From NCBI GenBank assembly GCA_039798785.1, contig JBDKFG010000029.1:13124-77123 (forward strand): a DNA stretch of 64,000 nucleotides. Reading direction: 5' to 3'. The position numbers were made by a program, and so were the translations under genes. The notes beneath the pieces are model-generated. The model ran no database searches, was not told where the DNA came from, and saw only the letters and a program-made list of their open reading frames with translations. The DNA comes from Verrucomicrobiota bacterium (GTDB taxonomy: Bacteria > Verrucomicrobiota > Lentisphaeria > Lentisphaerales > Lentisphaeraceae). Below are positions 9,780-18,561 of this stretch, one piece after another. Within the stretch, counting starts at the first letter, position 1, and each line of letters starts with the position of its first letter.

Positions 9780-10928
9780 ATGAAAAGACTTGTCCTGCTG
9801 ATCATCGCCCTCATCGCCGCGGGCTTCCTCGCCGCCCAATTCGCCGCCCGCCCGGCAAGGCCGCCGGCCGAAGGCTCAAGCCAGGTCCGGCGTCCGCCGT
9901 CGCCTCCCCGGTCCGCCGTCCAGGGCCACGCCTTCGATTCCGGAGCTCTGCCGCGCTTCTTCAAAGGCCTCGAACGCGGCGTCCTGCCGGCGGCCGCCAG
10001 CAGCCGCGAACTGATCGACAAGGCCTTCGCCGCAGGCAGCGAGGACGCTCTGGTCGGCCTGCTGGAATGCGGCATGATTCTCGACGAGCAGGAGACCCGG
10101 GAACTGGCCGGGCGGCTGGTCGCGCAGGGATGGGACCGGGCCCTGGATGCGCTGCTGGCGAAAGACGGCTGCGGCCAGCACCCCGAGGAGTTGATGATGG
10201 AGACGGTGAAGCAGGGGCGGCTTTCCTGCCTTCTCGTCCTCGAGGCCCGCGGCCTGAGCTTCGATCCCGCCGCTTCGGAGGAGCTGCTGCTCGCGGCCCA
10301 GACCGCAGGCGACCGGGAGCTCTTCGAACACCTCATCTCCCGCGGCGCGATCCCTTCGGAGGAGAAGCTCTACAAGACCATCGAGGAGTCCGGCTTCGAG
10401 GAGCTTGAAAGCGGCTCGCCGGCGACCAAGAGCTTCCTCGCCAAGGACGGCGGCGAACCATTCAGGATCCAGGCGATCAGGGACGCGGAGGGGAATCTCG
10501 GACTGACCCTGAGCCAGGGAAAAAATCAAAGGTCGCTCCTGCTGGTAGAGGGAGCCACGACGAGCTTCATGCTCTCCTTGAATGACAAGTGCCCGGTCGC
10601 CTGGAAGGAGTCGATGGACGGCTCCGAGGCGGTGCCGGTCTACGGCAGGCAGCATGTCGGCGTCGAGCTCCAGGCGGGGCTTCTCGAAGGGAAGATCTGG
10701 TATCGCCTGGCAAGCACCGATCTGGCCGGGAACGAGGACGCGACGGGGGTGCTTCGAACGACCAGGTACCTGCATGCGCAGGCATGCGGCGAGATCGAAG
10801 CCGGGGAGCTCCGCGAGACGGTCGAAAGGCCCCTCACCGGCGTCGAATTCAGCTCCGGCAAAGAGGTCACCGACATCGAAGATGTGTGGCGGGCGATTTT
10901 TTGCGGTGAATCGCGGCGAAAAAGGTGA
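9780..10928 (+). CDS. Exported hypothetical protein with degenerate ankyrin-like repeats
   Basis: Signal-like MKRLVLLIIALIAAG; LFEHLISRGAIPSEEKL resembles MIEFLIARGAAPSQEKL of the 8454 gene. Confidence 0.55.
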   Translation: MKRLVLLIIALIAAGFLAAQFAARPARPPAEGSSQVRRPPSPPRSAVQGHAFDSGALPRFFKGLERGVLPAAASSRELIDKAFAAGSEDALVGLLECGMILDEQETRELAGRLVAQGWDRALDALLAKDGCGQHPEELMMETVKQGRLSCLLVLEARGLSFDPAASEELLLAAQTAGDRELFEHLISRGAIPSEEKLYKTIEESGFEELESGSPATKSFLAKDGGEPFRIQAIRDAEGNLGLTLSQGKNQRSLLLVEGATTSFMLSLNDKCPVAWKESMDGSEAVPVYGRQHVGVELQAGLLEGKIWYRLASTDLAGNEDATGVLRTTRYLHAQACGEIEAGELRETVERPLTGVEFSSGKEVTDIEDVWRAIFCGESRRKR

Positions 10929-11015
10929 CGGTCTGTAAGAATCCGTTCCGGCGCCGCAAGCAGAGTATGAGTCGTGAACCGAATGCCCTCTGCACAACGC
11001 CCAAGGAGAGTCCTC

Positions 11016-11963
11016 ATGCCCGCCGGAATCGCCCGTCTGCTGCTCTGCCTCGCCATCGCCGCCCAGGCCGCCGAAGCCCCGCCGCCAGCCACCGAAAAAC
11101 CCTGGATCTTCGCCCATCGCGGCGCCAGCGGCGAACGCCCGGAGCACACTCTCGGCGCCTACCGCCTGGCCCTGGAGCAAGGCGCAGACTTCATCGAGCC
11201 GGATCTGCGCATGACCAAGGACGGCGTCTTCATCGCTCTGCACGACGGCAGCCTCAACCGCACCACCGATGTCGCCGCCCATCCGGAATTCGCGGATCGC
11301 GCAAAAGTCGACAAGAAGGGCGAGAAATACTGGGTTCCCGGCGATTTCACCCTCGCCGAAATCCGCAGTCTCCGCTGCCGCCAGGGCACTGCCGGCAGGC
11401 CGAAGGATTTCGACGGCAAAGAAGGCATCCCGACTCTCGAGGAGGTCGTCGAGCTGGTGCGCACTTGGAACCGCGATCACAAGACGCGCGTCGGCCTGGT
11501 GCCGGAACTCCGCGGCGGCGCCGAGGCCTTTGTCGAATTCGTCCGGAAGCAACATCTCGAAGACGCCGAAGCGCCGCCGATCTATCTGCAATCTTTCGAG
11601 GCCGGCACTCTGAAAAAGGTCCGGAAGGAGCTCAAATTCCCGGCCGCTCTTCTCCTCAGCGAAGCGCCGAAAAAAGAACAGCTCGCCGAGCTGAAGAAGG
11701 ACTTCGATGCGGTCGCCGTCGGCAAGGCCTCGTGCCTCAGCCCCGAGGCGGCGGCCTGGATCGCCGAGGCGCATGCCCAGGGGCTGCAGGTGATCGCCTG
11801 GACCTTCGACGACGCGAAGTACGACAAGAAGCGCTTCCGGTCGAGCCGGGAGGAGATGGAATGCGCCTTCCGCAACGGCGTCGACGCTCTCTTCTCCGAC
11901 TTCCCCGCCAGCGGCGTCGAGGCCAAGAAGGCCTTCCTCGAAACCGAGAAGGCCGGACGATGA
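11016..11963 (+). CDS. glpQ: Periplasmic glycerophosphodiester phosphodiesterase
   Basis: AHRGASGERPEHTLGAY and IEPDLRMTKDG..IALHD motifs; signal peptide; AAGGAG RBS before ATG 11016. Confidence 0.9.
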   Translation: MPAGIARLLLCLAIAAQAAEAPPPATEKPWIFAHRGASGERPEHTLGAYRLALEQGADFIEPDLRMTKDGVFIALHDGSLNRTTDVAAHPEFADRAKVDKKGEKYWVPGDFTLAEIRSLRCRQGTAGRPKDFDGKEGIPTLEEVVELVRTWNRDHKTRVGLVPELRGGAEAFVEFVRKQHLEDAEAPPIYLQSFEAGTLKKVRKELKFPAALLLSEAPKKEQLAELKKDFDAVAVGKASCLSPEAAAWIAEAHAQGLQVIAWTFDDAKYDKKRFRSSREEMECAFRNGVDALFSDFPASGVEAKKAFLETEKAGR

Positions 11964-13516
11964 ATCGCGACGAACATCTCCGGCGGGCGCTCGACAATCC
12001 TGGCTTCGACCTCGCCATCATCGGCGCCGGAGCCACTGGCCTCGGCTGCGCCCTCGATGCCGCCAGCCGCGGCTGGCGCGTCCTGCTTATCGACCAGGAT
12101 GACTTCGCCAAGGGAACTTCCAGCCGCAGCACCAAGCTGGTCCACGGCGGTGTGCGCTATCTCCGCCAAGGCGACTTCAGCCTCGTCTTCGAGGCCCTCC
12201 GCGAACGCCGCCGCCTCTGCCGGAATGCGCCGCACCTGGTCAGGCCGCTCGACTTCGTCATCCCCACCTACCGCCGCGGCGCCAAAACCTTCTACCGCTG
12301 CGGGCTCAAGCTCTACGATCTGCTCGCCGGCAAGGACAATCTGCAGCCCTCGCGAGGCCTCAGCCGCGCTGAAACCCTGGCGCGCCTCCCGGAACTCAAG
12401 CAGGAGCGACTCAAGGGCGGCGTGCTCTACCAAGACGGCCAGTTCGACGATGCTCGACTTGCCCTCAGCCTCGCGCGCAGCGCGGTCGATGCGGGGGCAA
12501 CGGTGATCAACCATTGCCGCTGCGTCGGGCTGCTTAAGGACGATGGGAAGATCCATGGTCTGGAGCTCGAGGATCGCGAAAGCGGACGGCGTCTGGTAGT
12601 GCAGGCTCGCTGCGTCATCAACGCCACCGGCGTCTTTGTCGACCAGCTCCGCTCCCTCGACTTCCCAGGTTGTCAGGGATTGCTCAACATCAGCCAGGGA
12701 ATTCACCTCGTCCTGCCGCTTGACTTCCTCCCCGGCGGCACCGCGTTGATGATCCCCGAAACTGACGACGGACGCGTCCTCTTCGCCATCCCCTGGCATG
12801 GACGCCTGCTGCTCGGGACCACCGACACCCCCGTCCCCGAGGCCGGACTCGAGCCGAGGGCGCTGGAGAGCGAGATCGATTTCGTCCTGCGCCATGCGGC
12901 GCGCTACCTCGTCCGGGCGCCCGGACGAAGCGACATCCTCAGCGTCTTCACCGGCCTCCGACCCCTGGTCCGCAAGGACGGATCCGGCAGCACCGCCGCG
13001 CTTTCCCGCGAGCACCTCATCGAGATCTCGGGATCCGGCCTGGTCACCGTCACGGGCGGCAAGTGGACCACCTACCGCCGCATGGCCGAAGAGCTGATCG
13101 ACTGCGTCGGGGAGCGCCTCGGCGAAGGCTCCCGCCGCTGCCGCACCGCCGATCTGCCGCTGCACGGGGCCACAGCGTCTCCCGAGCCCGGTCTCGAGGT
13201 CTACGGCAGCGACGCCGCCGCGATCCAGGCTCTTGCCGTCGCTGACCCCCGCCTAGCCGGCCCTCTGCATCCGGCTCTGCCCTACCGCCGCGCCGAGGTG
13301 GTCTGGCAAGTCCGCCACGAGATGGCGAGGACCTTGGAAGACGTGCTTTCCCGCCGCACCCGCGCCCTCATTCTCGACGCCCGGGCCTGCATCGAGGCGG
13401 CCGAGGGTGTCGCCGATCTCATGGCCGGAGAATTGCGTTGGACGCAAGAACAGCGGCAAAATCAGTTCGAGGCTTTCCGTCGGCTTGCCCTCGCCTATCT
13501 TCCTCCTGAAACCTGA
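11960..13516 (+). CDS. glpD: FAD-dependent glycerol-3-phosphate dehydrogenase
   Basis: IIGAGATGLGCALDAASRG, GTSSRSTKLVHGGVRYL and GGKWTTYRRMAE motifs; ATGA overlap with the glpQ stop. Confidence 0.93.
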   Translation: MNRDEHLRRALDNPGFDLAIIGAGATGLGCALDAASRGWRVLLIDQDDFAKGTSSRSTKLVHGGVRYLRQGDFSLVFEALRERRRLCRNAPHLVRPLDFVIPTYRRGAKTFYRCGLKLYDLLAGKDNLQPSRGLSRAETLARLPELKQERLKGGVLYQDGQFDDARLALSLARSAVDAGATVINHCRCVGLLKDDGKIHGLELEDRESGRRLVVQARCVINATGVFVDQLRSLDFPGCQGLLNISQGIHLVLPLDFLPGGTALMIPETDDGRVLFAIPWHGRLLLGTTDTPVPEAGLEPRALESEIDFVLRHAARYLVRAPGRSDILSVFTGLRPLVRKDGSGSTAALSREHLIEISGSGLVTVTGGKWTTYRRMAEELIDCVGERLGEGSRRCRTADLPLHGATASPEPGLEVYGSDAAAIQALAVADPRLAGPLHPALPYRRAEVVWQVRHEMARTLEDVLSRRTRALILDARACIEAAEGVADLMAGELRWTQEQRQNQFEAFRRLALAYLPPET

Positions 13517-13531
13517 AGCCCGGGATCGGAC

Positions 13532-14872
13532 ATGAACAACCCCTTCAGACCTGCGCCCGAGATCCCGCCTCTGCCGCAGGATCAGGTCGACGCGGAATAC
13601 CGCCGTCTGCGCCGCCGCGTCTTCCTCGGCATCTTCATCGGCTACGTCGCCTACTATCTGGTGCGGAAGAACTTCGCCCTGGCGATCCCCGACATCCTGG
13701 CCGAGCATCCCGAGTACACCAAGGCCCAGCTCGGCACGGCGATGACCGGCCTGTCGATCGCCTACGGCCTGTCGAAGTTCCTGATGGGCTCGGTGTCGGA
13801 CCGCAGCAATCCGCGCTGGTTCATGACCGCCGGCCTGCTCTTCTCCTGCGGCATCACCCTCGCCTTCGGCTGCGTCAAGGCGATCTACGCCTCGCTGGCC
13901 CTGGTCATCGTGCTGCAGACCCTCAACGGCTGGGTCAACGGCATGGGCTGGCCACCCTGCGGCAAGACCATGGTGCACTGGTTTGGCGCTCGCGAACGCG
14001 GCCGCACTGTGTCGCTGTGGAACATCTCCCACAACATCGGCGGCGCCCTGGTCGCGTCGCTGGCGATGTTCGGAGTCTGGCTTTTCTCCGGCGACTGGGG
14101 CGCCAAGTTCAGCTTCAACGCCCTCGTCGCCCTGGTCATGGCGGCGATCACCTTCTGGCTGCTGCGCGACACGCCGCAGAGCTGCGGCCTGCCGCCGATC
14201 GAGGTCTACAAAGGCGAGGCCGGCGCGGGCTATTCGGCGGAGAAGGAGAAGACGCTCGATTTCCGCGCCATTTTCTTCCGGCACATCTTCCCCAACAAGC
14301 TGCTCTGGGCCATCGCCTTCGCCAACGCCTTCGTCTACTTCGTCCGTTACGGCGTCGTCGACTGGATTCCGACCTACCTCCAGCAGGCCAAGCATTTCGA
14401 CTTTGACAAAGCCGGCGCCGCCTGGTCGCTGTTCGAATACGCCGCCATTCCCGGCACGATCCTCTGCGGCTGGCTGTCGGACACCGTCTTCAAGGGCCGC
14501 CGCGCCCCTGCCTCGATCCTCTTCATGCTCTGCACCCTCGGCGGCGTCGCGCTCTACGCCTGCAATCAGCACGGACCGCTGTGGATCGACTACGTCGCGC
14601 TCTTCGTCATCGGCTTCTTCATCTACGGTCCGATCATGCTCATCGGCCTGCACGCCCTCGAGTTGGTGCCGAAGAAGGCCGCCGGCACCGCGGCCGGCTT
14701 CACCGGTTTCTTCGGCTATGTCTTCGGCTCCGCCTTTGCCGGCACCGGCGTCGGCTGGATCGCCGATCACTGGGGCTGGAACGGCGTCTTCAGCGCCATG
14801 GCACTGTCATGCCTGCTCGCCATCGCCTTCACTGCGATTACCTTGCGTGAAAACCCACGCCGCATAAACTGA
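13532..14872 (+). CDS. glpT: Glycerol-3-phosphate:phosphate antiporter (MFS, OPA family)
   Basis: YYLVRKNF, GMGWPPCGKT, WNISHNIGG and PKKAAGTAAGFTG motifs; adjacent to glpQ and glpD. Confidence 0.92.
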   Translation: MNNPFRPAPEIPPLPQDQVDAEYRRLRRRVFLGIFIGYVAYYLVRKNFALAIPDILAEHPEYTKAQLGTAMTGLSIAYGLSKFLMGSVSDRSNPRWFMTAGLLFSCGITLAFGCVKAIYASLALVIVLQTLNGWVNGMGWPPCGKTMVHWFGARERGRTVSLWNISHNIGGALVASLAMFGVWLFSGDWGAKFSFNALVALVMAAITFWLLRDTPQSCGLPPIEVYKGEAGAGYSAEKEKTLDFRAIFFRHIFPNKLLWAIAFANAFVYFVRYGVVDWIPTYLQQAKHFDFDKAGAAWSLFEYAAIPGTILCGWLSDTVFKGRRAPASILFMLCTLGGVALYACNQHGPLWIDYVALFVIGFFIYGPIMLIGLHALELVPKKAAGTAAGFTGFFGYVFGSAFAGTGVGWIADHWGWNGVFSAMALSCLLAIAFTAITLRENPRRIN

Positions 14873-14892
14873 GAATGGAACCGGAGGTCAGA

Positions 14893-16137
14893 ATGGGGAA
14901 GCGAATGAAGGTCCTCATCGGAGTGATTCTGATCGGAGTCATGTGCCTGCTCTTCTGGAAGAATTATGGAGGGGGCGGAATCGAGGGAGGCAGCGCCGTC
15001 TTGGCCGCGGGAAACCCATCGGCGGAAGCGGAGCCTCGAAGTCCTGCAAGCGCCGGGAACAAAGCGGATTCTCGCACCGGCACGGGCGCCGCCTTCGCCG
15101 GAGCCGGCCAAGCGCCTTCACAAAATCGGCCGCGAGACAGTCGAGCCAACGCAGCTCATTCCCTACGACAGGCATTCGAGCTGTTGCAGCAGGAGCCCTT
15201 GTCGCAGTTGAAACAGCTGGACCCGAAATCCGCCGAATTTCGCCAGAAAATTCGTGAATTGATGACCACGCCTGAGTTTCAACAATGGCAGAGCTTGGTG
15301 AAAGAAGCTATTGCGGCTGGCAACTGCGATTGGGAGATTGATTACAGCCAAGGATTCACCACTCCTCTTCCGCATCTTGGGGGATTGCGGATGACATCGC
15401 GTATTTTGAACGCTTTGGGCGCTCTTCAAGCTGAGAGCGGACTTGCCGGCCAGCAGGTTTTCTCCGACAACATGAAGCTGATCACATTGGCGTGTTCCGA
15501 CAACCAGACCCTGATAGGCAATCTCGTCCGTTCTGCCTTGTTCAAGGAATGTGAAAACGAGCTCTCAGCAGCTGTGAACTCAATCGGCAAGACTGACGAC
15601 GCAGAAGCTCTCCGCAATCAGTTGCAAGTCCACCTTCACGACTCCAGCACTGATTTACAGGAATCATTCGCCAGCGAGTTCGCCCTTTTTCCGAAAATGT
15701 TGGACAAATTGCAATCAGGTTCGTTTGATCAGCAGTTGATCGGAGCTGGCAGCTTGGCCAGTCTCGTGGGTGACCCGGTCCGCACAGCTATCGTCAAAGC
15801 TGAATACACCGAGGCCACCCGTACTTTTCAGAATGCCTTGGAATCCGCCAACAACTGGCAAGAGCGTCTCCTCGCCGCTGAACAACTGCAAAAAGCCGTG
15901 GATAAGCTCAGTCCGGAAAGCCGCATGCTTTTAGAAGCTCTGCCTCCGATCGTCAATAAAATGGTCGATGCAGAAGTCCATACCCAGGCGGCCCTGGCCT
16001 CGCTCCAAATCGAGCAGTTCCGTCGCCAGAACGGCCGTTTCCCAGAAAACCTGGTTGAAGCAGGAGTGGCTATTGAGGACCCCATCATCGCTGCCAGACT
16101 TGACTACAAAGACGGCAAGGTCGAAGTCAAGAAGTAG
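14893..16137 (+). CDS. Membrane-anchored, mostly helical hypothetical protein
   Basis: N-terminal TM; LPHL..LR, LIGNLV.SA and C-terminal QFRRQNGRFPENL..DP (reminiscent of a pseudopilin-G-like tail). GGAGG RBS before ATG 14893. Confidence 0.6.
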   Translation: MGKRMKVLIGVILIGVMCLLFWKNYGGGGIEGGSAVLAAGNPSAEAEPRSPASAGNKADSRTGTGAAFAGAGQAPSQNRPRDSRANAAHSLRQAFELLQQEPLSQLKQLDPKSAEFRQKIRELMTTPEFQQWQSLVKEAIAAGNCDWEIDYSQGFTTPLPHLGGLRMTSRILNALGALQAESGLAGQQVFSDNMKLITLACSDNQTLIGNLVRSALFKECENELSAAVNSIGKTDDAEALRNQLQVHLHDSSTDLQESFASEFALFPKMLDKLQSGSFDQQLIGAGSLASLVGDPVRTAIVKAEYTEATRTFQNALESANNWQERLLAAEQLQKAVDKLSPESRMLLEALPPIVNKMVDAEVHTQAALASLQIEQFRRQNGRFPENLVEAGVAIEDPIIAARLDYKDGKVEVKK

Positions 16138-16269
16138 CGCACTAGGACCCACACTCAGGCTCTAGAGTGAAAAGATCGCCGAGTTCGCTTCTGCTTAAGA
16201 TCTGGGCGTGGTTGACCTTGTTTTCCGGATTAGCTTGATTGTAGATCTACCCACAGCCAGGATTTTGCC

Positions 16270-16887
16270 ATGTCGAAGCTGTCAAAAGCTGCCGCCGCCG
16301 GAGTCGATCCCTATCGCACCCGAGCCACCTTGCTGCTTCGCGTCAACCGCAAAGACGAGCAGAGCTGGGCCGACTTCTATGCACTGTATTCGCCGCTCAT
16401 CCGCTGGGCCTGTCGCCGCCGCGGGCTGGGCGACGAGCATCGCCAGCAACTGGTGGTGCAAGCCGTGATGTGCCATTTCGCCGCCACCGACTGGGCCTAC
16501 GACGAGAGCAAGGGACGCTTCCGCAGCCTGGTCCTGCGGGTCGCCGAGCTGAAGATCCACGAAGTCCTGCGGGAGACCCGCAGCGCCGGCCCCTTGGCGA
16601 TCCAGGACAGCTACGACGAAGCGACCCTCGCTGCGGAGGATAATCCGCCGCCGGAAGACGAGGACGCTCAGCGCCTCGAGCGCCTGCAGATGGCCTTCGC
16701 CCTGCTCGCCCAGAATCCCTCCATCAACAAGCTGCACCTGCAGGTCCTCCACCTCGTCCTGCAAGGAGTCCGCAGCCCCGGCATCGCCGAGCAGACGGGC
16801 ATCCCGGTCAAGCACGTCTACGTCATCAAGCACCGCATGGTCGAGGCCTTGCGGCAAGTCCTGGCCGGATTGGAAAGCCCAGAATGA
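16270..16887 (+). CDS. ECF-type RNA polymerase sigma-70 factor
   Basis: TRATLLLRV..DEQSWADFYALYSPLI, YDESKGRFRS and C-terminal HTH IAEQTGIPVKHVYVIKHR, typical of kinase-associated ECFs. Confidence 0.85.
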   Translation: MSKLSKAAAAGVDPYRTRATLLLRVNRKDEQSWADFYALYSPLIRWACRRRGLGDEHRQQLVVQAVMCHFAATDWAYDESKGRFRSLVLRVAELKIHEVLRETRSAGPLAIQDSYDEATLAAEDNPPPEDEDAQRLERLQMAFALLAQNPSINKLHLQVLHLVLQGVRSPGIAEQTGIPVKHVYVIKHRMVEALRQVLAGLESPE

Positions 16888-18437
16888 GCTGCCTCACGGC
16901 AGAGCGACTGGAGGAGATCGCCGCCGGCCTGGCGCCGGAAGCCGGTGAGCACGAGCACCTGGACGCCTGCCCCGAGTGCGCATCCGCTCTGGCCGATCTC
17001 CGCCTTGATGAAGAACTCATCGGTGAACTCCGCGGCGATCTGCGCGACAACGATTTGCGCTTCGGTCCCTACCGCTTCTGCCGCGAACTGACCTCCGGCG
17101 GCATGTCGATCGTCTATCTCGGCCAGGCTCCCGACGGCAGCGGCGTCGTCATCAAGGCCTGCCGTCAGCCGCGGATGCTGCCGAGCTTCCGCACCGAGCT
17201 GGAGACTCTGTCGCGCTGCACCCGCCTCGGCCTCGCCGGCGTCGTCCGCCTGATCGACGCCGATCTCGAGCATCGGCCACCCTACCTGGTCACCGAATTC
17301 CACGCTTGCGGCAGCCTCGCCGAACGCCTGCAGACCCTGGGCCCGATGCCGCTTGCGGAGCTCGCCCCCCTGGCGCTCGACCTCGCCGCCACCCTCGCCG
17401 CCCTGGAGAAGGAAGGCATCGTCCACGGCGACCTCAAGCTCGCCAACATCCTGATGCGCCGCGACGGCAGGGCCTGCCTCGCCGACCTGGGCAGCGCCCG
17501 CTCGGCGAAGGCCCAGGAAACCCTGCCCCTGGCGGCAGCACTCTCCCTCGTCTGCGTCTCGCCCGAGCAGGCCCGCGGCGAAGCGCCTTTGCCGGCCTCC
17601 GACGTCTTCTCTTTTGGACTCCTAGTCCACGAACTCGCCAGCGGCCTTCATCCTTTCGCCGGCAAGAGCTCGTGGGAGACCATCGCCAACATCCTCAATC
17701 AGCCGCCGCGCCTGTCGGACGCCCTGCCAAGCGGCATCAGGAGCCTGATCTCGCGCTGCCTCGCCAAGAATCCCGCCGAGCGCCCGGATTTCGCCGCCAT
17801 CGCCGCACTTTCCTCCGGGGAGTTGCTGGCCGATCGCCTCAGCAACGAGGAGCTCCGCCAGGCCGCGGCGAGCAGCAGCCTCGGTATCCGCCAGGACCAG
17901 CCCGGCGAGCTGCCCGAACTGCAGACCCGCAACCTCATCCTCATCGCCTCCCTGACCACTCTTCTCCTCGCCGGCATCCCTGTCCTCGTCGGCTCGCTGA
18001 AAACGGAGGCGGCGCCTCATCTGGGCGCCGCCGCTCCGCGCGAGACCCTCCTCGCCCGCATCGACGCCGCCCTGCTGCCGGAATCGCCGCTCAGACGCTG
18101 CGACCGGAAGCTGCCGATCCTCCTCTGCACCCCTCAAGGATTGAGCCCTGATCAGCTCGAAAGCCGGCTCGCGACCTTGCGCCCGGCCCTCCTCCGCGCC
18201 CAGGTGGTTCTCGCCATGCCTGCGGCGGATTTCCAGCGCCTCCGCGATCCCGAGACACGCTCGCGTGCCGGCCTCATCTCCCCCGCCGCGCTCAGCAGCC
18301 TCGGCATCGAAGGCCCCAAGGAAGCCATGCCATTCCTGCTGCTGCCCGGGGACAAGGCCGACTTCACCCCCATCGACCCCGCCCGCCTCGACGCAGCCAT
18401 CCCGCCAGCGCGGGAGATCGATGGCCCATTGCCATGA
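16884..18437 (+). CDS. Membrane-anchored Hanks-type Ser/Thr kinase with an N-terminal zinc-finger anti-sigma motif
   Basis: HLDACPEC (Hx3Cx2C); kinase motifs SGGMSIVY, VVIK, HGDLKLANIL, DLG, SPEQ and SDVFSFG; one TM; ATGA overlap with the sigma gene. Confidence 0.85.
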   Translation: MSCLTAERLEEIAAGLAPEAGEHEHLDACPECASALADLRLDEELIGELRGDLRDNDLRFGPYRFCRELTSGGMSIVYLGQAPDGSGVVIKACRQPRMLPSFRTELETLSRCTRLGLAGVVRLIDADLEHRPPYLVTEFHACGSLAERLQTLGPMPLAELAPLALDLAATLAALEKEGIVHGDLKLANILMRRDGRACLADLGSARSAKAQETLPLAAALSLVCVSPEQARGEAPLPASDVFSFGLLVHELASGLHPFAGKSSWETIANILNQPPRLSDALPSGIRSLISRCLAKNPAERPDFAAIAALSSGELLADRLSNEELRQAAASSSLGIRQDQPGELPELQTRNLILIASLTTLLLAGIPVLVGSLKTEAAPHLGAAAPRETLLARIDAALLPESPLRRCDRKLPILLCTPQGLSPDQLESRLATLRPALLRAQVVLAMPAADFQRLRDPETRSRAGLISPAALSSLGIEGPKEAMPFLLLPGDKADFTPIDPARLDAAIPPAREIDGPLP

Positions 18438-18450
18438 ATGGGAAGTTCAT

Positions 18451-18464
18451 TTCGATATTTAGAA
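18451..18464. promoter_or_regulatory. Candidate operator (TTCGATATTTAGAA) overlapping a TAGAAT -10-like hexamer
   Basis: Its reverse complement TTCTAAATATCGAA matches 1073-1086 at 13/14. It lies upstream of an operon that ends in an IclR gene. Confidence 0.45.
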
Positions 18465-18561
18465 TCATCTCGGAATCCATCTGTGGCATCGGAACAGAGT
18501 GGCTCGATTGCCTATCTTGATGCAAGGAACGCAACGAGTTGAATCCGGAGGAGGAGTCCCC

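Noticed and set aside
10925..11959. Apparent 863-aa GlpD with a long N-terminal extension
   Set aside because: The extension is an alternative frame over glpQ; GlpD homology starts at ATG 11960.
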